64,000 nt of DNA from Planctomycetes bacterium UBA1146. GTDB lineage: Bacteria > Planctomycetota > UBA8108 > UBA1146. Numbering within the stretch: position 1 is the stretch's first letter; each line of letters begins with the position of its first letter. The notes beneath the pieces were generated by a model. It saw only the letters and a list, made by a program, of their open reading frames with translations. It was not told where the DNA came from and did not search any database. Positions 1 through 8,837 of this stretch are shown piece after piece. Where the stretch lies: the NCBI GenBank assembly GCA_002311345.1, contig DCAA01000026.1, positions 214,829 to 278,828 on the forward strand, written 5' to 3'. Made by a program: the position numbers and the translations under genes.

Positions 1-53
1 GAGTCCTTCCAGTGAGAAGGGGCAACCAGGGTGTTCATCTGCGCCTCGTTCAT
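1..53 (-). CDS. Putative FlhB C-terminal (FlhB-CC) domain ORF, 5' end only. It starts at an ATG complementary to nt 53-51, overlaps the upstream ORF's TGA stop as ATGA, and continues off the window.
   Basis: Reverse complement of nt 53-1 reads MNEAQMNTLVAPSHWKDS. The spacing from the conserved GDP motif (31 aa) matches the Salmonella FlhB distance to NPTH (30 aa). A purine-rich AAAAGGGAAG lies 5-14 nt upstream of the ATG. Confidence 0.35.
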   Translation of the reverse strand, partial: MNEAQMNTLVAPSHWKD

Positions 54-838
54 CGTTCTTCCCTTTTCACGAGCAGTTTCTCATGAAGGTCGCGGCGACG
101 GCGGCGCAGCAGCGGATCACCGTGAGCCTCCCGGTTCTCGTCTTCGACTTCTGTTCGGCTCATCATCAGCGACTGCCGGTACTGCCAGCGCTTATGTGCC
201 CAATCGCCAGCAGAAATCAGCAGCAATACTCCAGAGATCTTGATAAAGATCCACACCAGTCGGGATCCTGCAGTACTCACGATGATGGCAGGATCGGAGA
301 TTCCGGTACCCACAATTGCTTCGGGGCCCACCACCATCCCTCGCACTCCATGTACCAGAACTAGAATCACTGCCGAGATTTTTAAAAATCCGAAGGCCAA
401 TCTGCCAAATCCCTCATGGCTGAAAATTTTTCTCATATTCCTGAAGGGATCGATACGCCCCAGATCAGGAGCGATTTCCGCTAATCGGATCTGGAATCCT
501 ACCTGCAACCACGTCGACAGAACTGCGACAACAAAGGTAATCAACAATATGGGACCAGAAAATACGATGACTGTTTTGATCGCATCTTCGAGCAGCAGGA
601 TTGCTGTCGATCCGTCCAGTTTCACGCTCGAGAGGTTTCCCAGAATCACTTTCACTGTGGTCGACAAGAGAGCGTACATCGTCGCGCAGAAGAAAAGGAT
701 TCCACCGAACCCGGCTAGCATCACCGCCGATCCCACCAGGTCGCGGCTGAGGGCAGTTCTTCCCTCGATTCTGGCTCTCTCCAACCTTCTGGCAGTCGGA
801 GCTTCGGTCCGTTCATCATGGTGGATGCGTTCACTCAT
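50..838 (-). CDS. flhB: Flagellar export-apparatus protein FlhB: transmembrane domain plus linker (FlhB-TM/CN), 262 aa, ending before the NPTH-equivalent site
   Basis: N-terminus resembles FlhB/YscU; four hydrophobic TM segments; conserved linker 'MSRTEVEDENREAHGDP' is similar to FlhB 'MSKQEVKDEHKQSEGDP'. The ORF stops about 20 aa after GDP. Confidence 0.8.
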   Translation of the reverse strand: MSERIHHDERTEAPTARRLERARIEGRTALSRDLVGSAVMLAGFGGILFFCATMYALLSTTVKVILGNLSSVKLDGSTAILLLEDAIKTVIVFSGPILLITFVVAVLSTWLQVGFQIRLAEIAPDLGRIDPFRNMRKIFSHEGFGRLAFGFLKISAVILVLVHGVRGMVVGPEAIVGTGISDPAIIVSTAGSRLVWIFIKISGVLLLISAGDWAHKRWQYRQSLMMSRTEVEDENREAHGDPLLRRRRRDLHEKLLVKREER

Positions 839-841
839 GAG

Positions 842-1675
842 TCAGACCCCACCGATTCCACGGAGGATCAACTCCGAACCCTGGACACCCAGTTCAATGA
901 CAAATCGATAGATTTCTGCAATGAACGGCAATGTCATGAACAGCACCAACATCCCGACTCCGGTACGAATCGAGAATCCTACGACGAATACGTTCATCTC
1001 CGGCACTGCTCGAGCCAGCATTCCAAGACCGATTGTCGTGGCCAGCAGAGCAATGCTCGCAGGCAACGCAATCTGCAAACCAAGTTTCCAGAGTTGTCCA
1101 CCCAGTTCCCCCGTGAGCACTGTGGCAGATTCGGCAGTCAGACCACCGGTGAAAATATTGCCCATCATTCCCGGTGGAACCATTTCAAAAGAACCACACA
1201 GCGACAAGATGACGAGCCTGTGCCCCTCGAGAGCGAGGAAGACCAGGGCGGCAAATACCATCAAGAGTGTCGTCAGCGCAGTCGTGGATTGGCCCGTTAC
1301 CGGATCCACCACTTCTGAGAAAGCGAATCCCGAATCCTGTGACAGCAGTTGCCCCCCCAGGTGAGCAATCCACATCAAGATTCCTGCGGTGGCTCCCAGC
1401 ACCCAGCCGAGAGCGAGTTCTCCGCAGATGGAGAAGGCGGCGATGGCCGGGCTGGAGAGCAACGATGCCATGTCACCGGAACCAGCCTCGGCATGAGCCG
1501 CGGTTACGATCGGTGCCACACACAGAGCGATCAGTGCTGCTAATCCGGCCTTGATCCGTGCCGGGATGAGCTTCGAGGAAAAGACCGGGAGTACCATCAT
1601 CGCGCCAACGATTCTCGTAAATACAAGCAGCCAACCGCTCCAGGTACTGACAGAGAATTCCAGCAGATCGTTCAC
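842..1675 (-). CDS. fliR: Flagellar biosynthesis protein FliR
   Basis: 277-aa polytopic membrane protein in the fliP-fliQ-fliR-flhB position; 4-nt overlap with fliQ. Confidence 0.85.
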   Translation of the reverse strand: MNDLLEFSVSTWSGWLLVFTRIVGAMMVLPVFSSKLIPARIKAGLAALIALCVAPIVTAAHAEAGSGDMASLLSSPAIAAFSICGELALGWVLGATAGILMWIAHLGGQLLSQDSGFAFSEVVDPVTGQSTTALTTLLMVFAALVFLALEGHRLVILSLCGSFEMVPPGMMGNIFTGGLTAESATVLTGELGGQLWKLGLQIALPASIALLATTIGLGMLARAVPEMNVFVVGFSIRTGVGMLVLFMTLPFIAEIYRFVIELGVQGSELILRGIGGV

Positions 1676-1959
1676 TGCTGTTCACCTCCCTCGAATACCT
1701 GAGATGACTCCTGGATGGAATTCCTCGCATAGTCGGTTGCCCAACCCAGCAGTAGCGGCATCAGCAGCAGCAGCACCAGAGCCACTGCGATGATCTTGGG
1801 TACAAACGTGAGGGTCTGATCCTGCAGATGAGTCAAGGCCTGGAACAGGCTCACCACCACACCAACTGCTAACATCACCAGCAGAATCGGGACTGCCAGT
1901 TGCAGAGCCACGAACAGGGCTTCCTGAAGCAGGTCGATCGCTATTCCGAATCTCATCAT
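1672..1959 (-). CDS. fliQ: Flagellar biosynthesis protein FliQ
   Basis: About 95 aa with two TM helices (MMRFGIAIDLLQEALFVALQLAVPILL...). Start ATG at 1959 overlaps the fliP TGA as ATGA. The longer ORF-track start at 2013 was rejected. Confidence 0.85.
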   Translation of the reverse strand: MMRFGIAIDLLQEALFVALQLAVPILLVMLAVGVVVSLFQALTHLQDQTLTFVPKIIAVALVLLLLMPLLLGWATDYARNSIQESSQVFEGGEQQ

Positions 1960-2801
1960 CCACCCACCGTTACCATGGTGGAGACCATCAACTGCTCTAC
2001 GACCAGTCCCCATCCATCGACCAGAACAAACACGAGGACCTTGAATGGCAAGGAAACGATCACGGGGGGAAGCATCAGCATCCCCATCGAGACCAGAATT
2101 GCCGAGACCACCAGATCTATCACCACGAAGGGCAGATAGATCATGAAACCCATCTCGAAGGCCCTTCTCAGTTCGCTGAGAACAAATGCGGGCATGATCA
2201 CCGTTGTCGGCAAAGCTTCGAGAAACTTGCTCGAGATGAAACCGTTGTCGGTGTACTGGTTCTCGACGATCACGGGGGCACCAACGCGAGCCATCAACAA
2301 GAGATCACTCTCATCGATGGACCGATACATGAACTCCCTTATTCTCGTTTCTGCGTACTGAAACGCCTCTTCACCGGTGGGGACTCGACCGGTGGAAGGC
2401 GCAGGAACCTGGTCGGCGTAGGGCCCGATCGCATTGGTGTAGATGTCGCCCCAGATCGGTCCCATGACCGCGATGGTCAACATCAATGAAAGCCCGATCA
2501 AAACCTGATTCGGCGGTGATTCCTGGGTTCCGATCGCCCGACGAACAAATCCGAGCACCACGATGATTCTGGTGAAACAGGTGGTCAGGAGTAACAGGGC
2601 GGGCGCTATCGATAACACCGTCATGATGAGGATCAACCGCAGCGAGATCCCGATGTTCTCGGGAGACCCACTCAGGACTTTCTCGATGATGCCTGATTCG
2701 GAAGCGATGTCACCCTGGGCTACCGCTTCCGGTGCCACCACCCAGAGGATGACGAGAGCACCCAGAATTCCCAGTAGCAGAGAGCGGCGGAAAGTCTTCA
2801 A
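1956..2801 (-). CDS. fliP: Flagellar biosynthesis protein FliP, with signal peptide
   Basis: Conserved FliP core (…LTTCFTRIIVVLGFVRRAIGTQ…, …MGFMIYLPFVVIDLVVSAILVSMGM…). Confidence 0.9.
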   Translation of the reverse strand: MKTFRRSLLLGILGALVILWVVAPEAVAQGDIASESGIIEKVLSGSPENIGISLRLILIMTVLSIAPALLLLTTCFTRIIVVLGFVRRAIGTQESPPNQVLIGLSLMLTIAVMGPIWGDIYTNAIGPYADQVPAPSTGRVPTGEEAFQYAETRIREFMYRSIDESDLLLMARVGAPVIVENQYTDNGFISSKFLEALPTTVIMPAFVLSELRRAFEMGFMIYLPFVVIDLVVSAILVSMGMLMLPPVIVSLPFKVLVFVLVDGWGLVVEQLMVSTMVTVGG

Positions 2802-3511
2802 GTTCGTATCTCCTCCTCGACACGATCGCCATATCCATCAAGCCGGTCCCGTAGCCACTGAATCTCGTTACTCACGTCCTGTGATTCAGATGCCTCACCG
2901 CTGGGGAGCTCGAAGGGATCCTCATCAGCGCCTGTCTTGGCCTTGTTGATCTCGGTGCAAAATTCGAGTCCGTAACTGAGATCCTTCACTTCCTGGATAT
3001 CGGTGATCTCGCTGAGACAATCGATTCGGCCAGGGGAAGATCCGACAACGAGTACTCGCTCTCCAACCCTGACGATGATCATGCTCTGACGGTTTCCGAT
3101 GGGAATCCTCGTCAGCACCTTCATCCTCGCATCCGTTCCTGGAATGACCCCAGGAGCATACTTTCGAACAAGAATGAAGCCGCCGATGCCAAGTCCCGCA
3201 ATGATGATGATCGCACCTATCGCCTGGAGTGTTCGCCAGATGAACTCCGAACCACCAGTTGAATCCGTTGCAATAATTCCACCATTTGCAAGACGAACAT
3301 CGGGCCCAGCACTAGCAGTAACCGATGAAATTGTCTTTGTCGGTGGCATTACCTGCGACGCTATCGAGGCAGATGCCATCGAGAATACCAGTACCAGAGC
3401 CAACCCAACCTGAATCCAGTATCTGAATCGAATCCCTGGAAGTATCGGTATCGACATCTGTAACTGCTTTACTGATTCCATGCTCACCCACTTCCCCTGC
3501 AAGAAACTCAC
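2798..3511 (-). CDS. fliO: Flagellar biosynthesis protein FliO/FliZ-like
   Basis: TM helices plus C-terminal FliO motif (…LTRIPIGNRQSMIIVRVGERVLVVGSSPGRIDCLSEI…); located immediately upstream of fliP. Confidence 0.7.
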   Translation of the reverse strand: MSFLQGKWVSMESVKQLQMSIPILPGIRFRYWIQVGLALVLVFSMASASIASQVMPPTKTISSVTASAGPDVRLANGGIIATDSTGGSEFIWRTLQAIGAIIIIAGLGIGGFILVRKYAPGVIPGTDARMKVLTRIPIGNRQSMIIVRVGERVLVVGSSPGRIDCLSEITDIQEVKDLSYGLEFCTEINKAKTGADEDPFELPSGEASESQDVSNEIQWLRDRLDGYGDRVEEEIRT

Positions 3512-3990
3512 CCTGAAACCACCCGCTGGTCATCATTTTCCGACTGGATCCGTTTTGCGAAGCGAGTACTTGTCTCGTCATCAACGATCCGCTCACCCAT
3601 CTTGACGATCCGTTTAAGACTCTCTTCTCTCCTTCGATCTTGTAGATTTTCGACAATCCGGTAGCGATTGACTGCCACCTCGACCTGCTCTCGAATTTCA
3701 TCAGCAGCTGTAGCAAGTTGATCTGCAAGCTCTGCGTTCATCTTCGCTTCATTCCTTAATCTCGAGAGGTAATGGCGATGTACCAGCAACTGCTCGATGT
3801 CAATTCCAGCGTGATCCGATGCACGTATCGAGTCGATCACTGCATGGTGTTCGATTTCGGACTCTCGTATCCGCGCTTGTTGCAAATGAAGTTCTCGAAC
3901 ACGGCGGTACAACTTCGAGAGTTCTACATCCATCTCAGATTTCCTGAGGCGAAGCAGTGCATCGAGGCGGGAAGCGGATTTTGACATCAC
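3508..3990 (-). CDS. fliJ: Flagellar export chaperone/stalk protein FliJ
   Basis: 160-aa all-helical, charged coiled-coil protein immediately downstream of fliI; 4-nt overlaps on both sides. Confidence 0.6.
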   Translation of the reverse strand: MMSKSASRLDALLRLRKSEMDVELSKLYRRVRELHLQQARIRESEIEHHAVIDSIRASDHAGIDIEQLLVHRHYLSRLRNEAKMNAELADQLATAADEIREQVEVAVNRYRIVENLQDRRREESLKRIVKMGERIVDDETSTRFAKRIQSENDDQRVVSG

Positions 3991-5309
3991 ATGCCCTTCC
4001 TACAGGTGCCTCTGGAAATCTCGATTACCCGATTCCGTGTCTCGAAAAAGTCACTCGTTTCTTCAGGTTTCTGTCGCAGTAGTTGTTCAATCTGCGGAAG
4101 CGAATCGATGGCCTCGTCAGATCGCTTGTCATGCCCACGGACATAAGCACCGAGGCGCAACATGTCTTCGATCTCTCTGTGAATGGCAACCTTCTCGACC
4201 AATGACCGGGCGGCTTCTAGATGTTGTTCGTCAACCACGGAGTTCATGGTTCTGCTGGTACTGGAGCAGGGATCGATCGGAGGAAACCAACCCTTGTTGG
4301 CGAGATCCCTCGACAACCAGATCTGGCCATCGAGGATTCCACGGACGGAGTCACCGATGGGATCGTGCTGATCGTCGCCCTCGACCAATACCGAGTAGAA
4401 TGCCGTGATACTGCCATCCACTCCTGGCCCGGTTCTCTCGAGCAGCTTCGGGAGCATCGCGAATACACTCGGGGTGTAGCCCCGAGTGGTCGGTGGTTCT
4501 CCTGCGCAAAGCCCCACTTCACGCTGCGCGAGAGCAACACGCGTGATGGAGTCAACCAGCAACAGCACATCTTCTCCGCGATCCCGAAACCACTCGGCGA
4601 TGGATGTAGCGACCCTTGCCGCTCTCAAACGCATCACTGCCGCTTCGTCTCCGGTCGCCACCACAACAACACTTCGAGCCAGCCCCTCTGGTCCAAGATC
4701 TCTCTCGATGAACTCTCGGACTTCTCGACCTCGTTCTCCAACCAGAGCAATCACTCTTACCGGCAATGCGGTGTTTCGAGCGATCATGCCCAGAAGAGTT
4801 GATTTCCCCACTCCACTACCAGAGAAGATGCCGAGGCGTTGTCCAACTCCCACGGTCAGTATCGAATCGAGTGCGCGAACTCCCGTATGTACAGGTATGC
4901 GGATCTTCTGACGTTTGAGCGCCGGAACAGGGACATTGTTGATGGGCACCTTGTCTTTGATGGGTATGGGACCCAGTCCATCGATCGGAACCCCTCGCGC
5001 ATTCACGACCCTCCCGAGCAGATGGTGAGAAACCGCAACACAAGGAATCTCACCGTCGTGAATCACTTCATCTCGTGGAGCAATTCCTTCGCTTCCATCC
5101 TCGGGTAGCAGATGCGTTCTTCCCTCGTCAAAACCCACCACTTCCGCAATCACACGATTCCCATCGCGAGTCACGATGGTGCACTCAGCCCCAACTGGCA
5201 GTGCAAGCCCTTGCGCCTCGACAATGACACCGACGACACGGACCACTGCGCCACGAACTCGGATGAGTTCATCCAGGTTCACCGAATTCAGCGCGGAGAT
5301 CAGATTCAT
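3987..5309 (-). CDS. fliI: Flagellum-specific ATPase FliI
   Basis: Walker A GSGVGKST, F1/V1-like ATPase core, 440 aa. Confidence 0.9.
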   Translation of the reverse strand: MNLISALNSVNLDELIRVRGAVVRVVGVIVEAQGLALPVGAECTIVTRDGNRVIAEVVGFDEGRTHLLPEDGSEGIAPRDEVIHDGEIPCVAVSHHLLGRVVNARGVPIDGLGPIPIKDKVPINNVPVPALKRQKIRIPVHTGVRALDSILTVGVGQRLGIFSGSGVGKSTLLGMIARNTALPVRVIALVGERGREVREFIERDLGPEGLARSVVVVATGDEAAVMRLRAARVATSIAEWFRDRGEDVLLLVDSITRVALAQREVGLCAGEPPTTRGYTPSVFAMLPKLLERTGPGVDGSITAFYSVLVEGDDQHDPIGDSVRGILDGQIWLSRDLANKGWFPPIDPCSSTSRTMNSVVDEQHLEAARSLVEKVAIHREIEDMLRLGAYVRGHDKRSDEAIDSLPQIEQLLRQKPEETSDFFETRNRVIEISRGTCRKGM

Positions 5310-6125
5310 CTATTTCTCCTGTGTATCCTGGATCAGTGCAGCCTCGATCAAATCGAGTTGTATTTCTATTCCCAGATCCACACTTCCTGTGGCACTTCGA
5401 ACACGACATCCGCCACGAACGATCGACTCCACTCCCATCACCTCGGCACCCTCGGCTCCCTGTATCTTTTGGCCGAGAGTCGGTAGAAACTCGATGACTG
5501 TCGTCAAGTCGACAGGATTCACTTCGATCTGTATCTTGCGTCTGTCACCGATTCTCTGGATTGCCAGTTCGATGTTCTCGGTGACGAGTTGGGGGAATTC
5601 GACGATCTCTCTCCTGAGAATGCGTTCGGCGATCCCCCGAGCCAGTGCAACCGTATCTCGACGGATTTCATCGATGGTGAGTTTCCAGCAACAGGTGAAC
5701 TCATCGAGGACCTTCTCGAGCAACTGGGGCACCGAACCACAAGTATCTCCCAGCAGGGTCCTCGCCTGCTCCTGGATGAGAACATCCGCTTCACGCCTGC
5801 TCTCCTCGAGACCCTTTTGCATTCCTTGGGAAAATCCGGATTCAACACCTTCCCTGCGTCCAGCCGCTAATCCGCGCAAGCGTGCCTCTTGCTCGATCTC
5901 TGCCACTCGCTGGTTGGCTTCCGAGATCTTGCGACGAACGTGCTCATCTGTCTCTTTCCTGGCCGTCTCGATCGCGGCCGTCAATTCGTTTCCCTCCTGA
6001 ACCAGTTTCTTGCGCAAATCTGCGTATGCAGCCTGAAGAGCATTCAGTTGTTGCCGCGCCGACTCGACAGAACACTCATCTTGAGTGCTCCCGGTACCGG
6101 GTTGAGAGAACACGGGGTCACTCAT
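5310..6125 (-). CDS. fliH: Flagellar assembly protein FliH
   Basis: Charged coiled-coil N-terminus plus FliH/SctL C-terminal domain; sits between fliF and fliI. Start chosen at the internal ATG (MSDPVF…) that overlaps the fliF stop by 4 nt. Confidence 0.7.
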   Translation of the reverse strand: MSDPVFSQPGTGSTQDECSVESARQQLNALQAAYADLRKKLVQEGNELTAAIETARKETDEHVRRKISEANQRVAEIEQEARLRGLAAGRREGVESGFSQGMQKGLEESRREADVLIQEQARTLLGDTCGSVPQLLEKVLDEFTCCWKLTIDEIRRDTVALARGIAERILRREIVEFPQLVTENIELAIQRIGDRRKIQIEVNPVDLTTVIEFLPTLGQKIQGAEGAEVMGVESIVRGGCRVRSATGSVDLGIEIQLDLIEAALIQDTQEK

Positions 6126-8077
6126 GACGATTGAACCTCCTGAGAGCGATCTCCCTCGCGATTGCGTTCGATCAGGTCCGCAAGATTGGGATCCGTGGCT
6201 CGAATATCTTCGAGAACGGATTGATCCACTTCCGCTGGACTGGGAACGGTACTCACAAAGGACGGTAGGGAAATTCCACTCGAGCAAACAGTGTTAGAAC
6301 TTTTGAACAGATCGAGTGCCGCCATGGCATCCTCGATGATATCTGGATCGAGAACTCCTACCTCCTGGATCACTTCTCCAAGAACTGCCAGTTCGTCCGA
6401 TCCCAGTTGCTGGAAGATCTGTTCGCGATTTCCACCCTGATCCAGAATTAACAACGCCAGCACATCACTACCTGGTAGTTCTTCTCTGGTGTCGGAGAGC
6501 ACCTGACGCAGAATCGTGACCGATTGGGTCACGGTGAGATTTCGAATCGTCTCCATCGATTGGTCGTAGGAGGCTTGATTCTCTTCATTCACATAGGTGC
6601 TGATGGCCTCCTGGATCCCGGCAACAGAAGAGGCTCCGGCGACCCGGAAGCCCTGGATAGCGGCCTCTCGGGCAGTATCCGTCGGACCATCACGGAGCAT
6701 GACGAAAACCGAGATGACCCCGAAGAAGACCAGGACGAAGAAGGGGAAATTGTTCTTCTGGCTACCACTAGCGACATCAAACCCGACAACCGCAGCAGAA
6801 GCGGCAGCGACCAGGCCGAATCTGACCGGGAACACACGAGCCTCGATCTCGGTGCCTGACCCCAGGTGAACCCTCAGATGCGATTCTATTCCGCTGGCGA
6901 CCTCCCGGGTAAACCCGCGTAGAGCAAGACGAGTTTCGGGAGTCTCCTGGTATCCACGGCCAGCACTCGAGGTATTTCCCGCAAGTCCGAAATTGCCCTT
7001 GAAGTTCTCAGTGGCGAGCACCAGCGCCTTGTCACGATCGAGCATGACCGTGACGGCAACCGTGTCGACTACATTCATTACTGGATCGGATTCAACATAT
7101 GATGGGATCTGCTGAGCGGTTGCACGAGTGAGTACGGTGTCTGCAAATTGAGAGGAAACCGGAGCGAGATTTGAAACCTGTTCCTGGAAGTCGTAAACCC
7201 CCCGAACAACCGGGAATCGAGGTTCGATTAATCCAGGATCCTCTACTGGTACTTGCAGACTGACATCCACCGTAACCCGATACATCTCTTCAGAAAAGAT
7301 GGATGCAAGGTATCTGGAAACGTACTCCTCCACCTTTTTCTTCTTGTCAGCAACATCCCCGGTGGTCAATTTTGGATTGACGAGATCGTAGTAGTGACCA
7401 TACGTGTCGGTGAGGATGATATTGTCGAGGGTGATCGAATAAGCTCCCGAAACATGGAGCCCGATCGCGCGTGCAACTTGCTGGCTGATTCCTGCCTGAC
7501 GAATATCTTCATCGAGTTGAACCTGAACGCTCACGCCATTGATCTTGCGATTGGACCCGATGACTACACCCGCCGTGGAACGGCTAGGAGTCACACTCAC
7601 CGAGTAAATCCCATCGAGTCGTGCAAGATCTTCCTCGAGTTTCAAGATCTGAGACCGCTCCCACCTCTGCTCTCTCTGACGTGTAGTGCCCAGAATGGAA
7701 TCCGTCTGGCGAACCCAGCTGAAAGGATCCTCACTCACTCCGGGACCAGGAACCCCCTGAATCATGGAGAGAACCTGACCGATGTTTTTCCTCGCAACCT
7801 GGATCGCCCCTTCAGGTGAGAAGCGAAATTCCAGGTTCTCACCTCGGAGATTTTCGACGAATTGGGCCTGCTGTTGCGATTCTCCCTCCGCGAAGGGGAT
7901 CTCTACCCAGTTCGTCGTTCCCAGATTTGTGAAGGCAAAGTAAGCGGCAATAAAGACGAAGATCACCGCGAAGGCTCTTCCTCCAGCCCCGAGTCCCCCC
8001 CAGAAATTACCCAGGTCGAAGGACGACCCCACCGGACCGCGATCAAATCTATTCTGATTCGAATCCTGATTCCCCAT
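6122..8077 (-). CDS. fliF: Flagellar MS-ring protein FliF, 651 aa, with an unusually long C-terminal cytoplasmic region
   Basis: N-terminal TM at aa ~35-55, periplasmic ring-building-motif region (RBM), second TM (FPFFVLVFFGVISVFVML) at aa ~443-460, then ~190 cytoplasmic residues. Confidence 0.85.
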   Translation of the reverse strand: MGNQDSNQNRFDRGPVGSSFDLGNFWGGLGAGGRAFAVIFVFIAAYFAFTNLGTTNWVEIPFAEGESQQQAQFVENLRGENLEFRFSPEGAIQVARKNIGQVLSMIQGVPGPGVSEDPFSWVRQTDSILGTTRQREQRWERSQILKLEEDLARLDGIYSVSVTPSRSTAGVVIGSNRKINGVSVQVQLDEDIRQAGISQQVARAIGLHVSGAYSITLDNIILTDTYGHYYDLVNPKLTTGDVADKKKKVEEYVSRYLASIFSEEMYRVTVDVSLQVPVEDPGLIEPRFPVVRGVYDFQEQVSNLAPVSSQFADTVLTRATAQQIPSYVESDPVMNVVDTVAVTVMLDRDKALVLATENFKGNFGLAGNTSSAGRGYQETPETRLALRGFTREVASGIESHLRVHLGSGTEIEARVFPVRFGLVAAASAAVVGFDVASGSQKNNFPFFVLVFFGVISVFVMLRDGPTDTAREAAIQGFRVAGASSVAGIQEAISTYVNEENQASYDQSMETIRNLTVTQSVTILRQVLSDTREELPGSDVLALLILDQGGNREQIFQQLGSDELAVLGEVIQEVGVLDPDIIEDAMAALDLFKSSNTVCSSGISLPSFVSTVPSPAEVDQSVLEDIRATDPNLADLIERNREGDRSQEVQSS

Positions 8078-8106
8078 CTCTCCCCTTCCGGCTCCGCACA
8101 GCGGAG

Positions 8107-8493
8107 TTAGACATTCATCTTCTGAATTTTTTCCAGGGTTGAAGTGAACTGAACTCTCACCCTGGACAGTGCCTGATGCGCCAGATCCACTCGATCCAGT
8201 CGCTCAATCAACATCGACCATGATTCAGGAATTGCACTTCGCTCCGTATTCGAACTGATCTCGTTCGCAATGGTGTCGACTGTCTCTTTACCGCTGGGCC
8301 CCTGTGTCGGCTCGATACGAGCCGCTTGATCCAGCAATCGCGCCTCGCCGGATCCTGCAGGTGACAGTGCCGAAGAAGCGATGGTTCCTCCAACCGGAAC
8401 AGCGGTGCAGGAGATCGGTGCGAAAGCGCTGATGGCATTCACAGACATCCTCACTCCTATCTGTTCGACACTTGCCCTGCTCGAGATGACCAT
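8107..8493 (-). CDS. fliE: Flagellar hook-basal body protein FliE
   Basis: C-terminus …LAHQALSRVRVQFTSTLEKIQKMNV resembles the FliE C-terminal helix (…VRNKLVSAYQEIMxMQV); first gene of the operon. Exact start uncertain (internal Met possible). Confidence 0.6.
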   Translation of the reverse strand: MVISSRASVEQIGVRMSVNAISAFAPISCTAVPVGGTIASSALSPAGSGEARLLDQAARIEPTQGPSGKETVDTIANEISSNTERSAIPESWSMLIERLDRVDLAHQALSRVRVQFTSTLEKIQKMNV

Positions 8494-8837
8494 CCCTGAT
8501 CATCCCGATACCGCCCAGGGAGCCTGCCAGAGGCATCGAACTCTCGCCGATCTCCCAGCAGTCCCCACAAGAGTGAAGTCCGGGTCTCACAGAGGTCTCG
8601 CGTGCGAACCGAATCGAGTGCCTGATGAATCGATTCGGTTCGGAAATACCCCCATGGGCCGAACATCTCCGGCCAAAGAGTGGCATATGCTTTATAAACT
8701 GTAAAGTGCAATATACCCCAGATGTTCCGATAACACGGGGGCGGTATTCGGAGCACTGCATCCTGCGAATTGATCCCAGAAAGGTCCGATCCGGGTATGC
8801 TGGACCCAGGTGGTCTTTCCCACCTGGATGGAAGCCC

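Noticed and set aside
5310-6287. Long N-terminal extension of the fliH ORF into fliF
   Set aside because: The extension overlaps the fliF 3' end in another frame and is Ser/Arg/Gly-rich; the internal ATG giving an ATGA overlap with the fliF stop is the more plausible start.
8650-8740. Possible sigma54 (TGGCAT-N5-TTATA) or sigma28 (TAAA…CCGATAA) promoter elements between fliE and the CNNM gene
   Set aside because: The -12 GC of sigma54 is absent and the TAAA-to-CCGATAA spacing (~20 nt) does not fit sigma28 (15 nt). They are also oriented toward the CNNM gene, not the flagellar operon.
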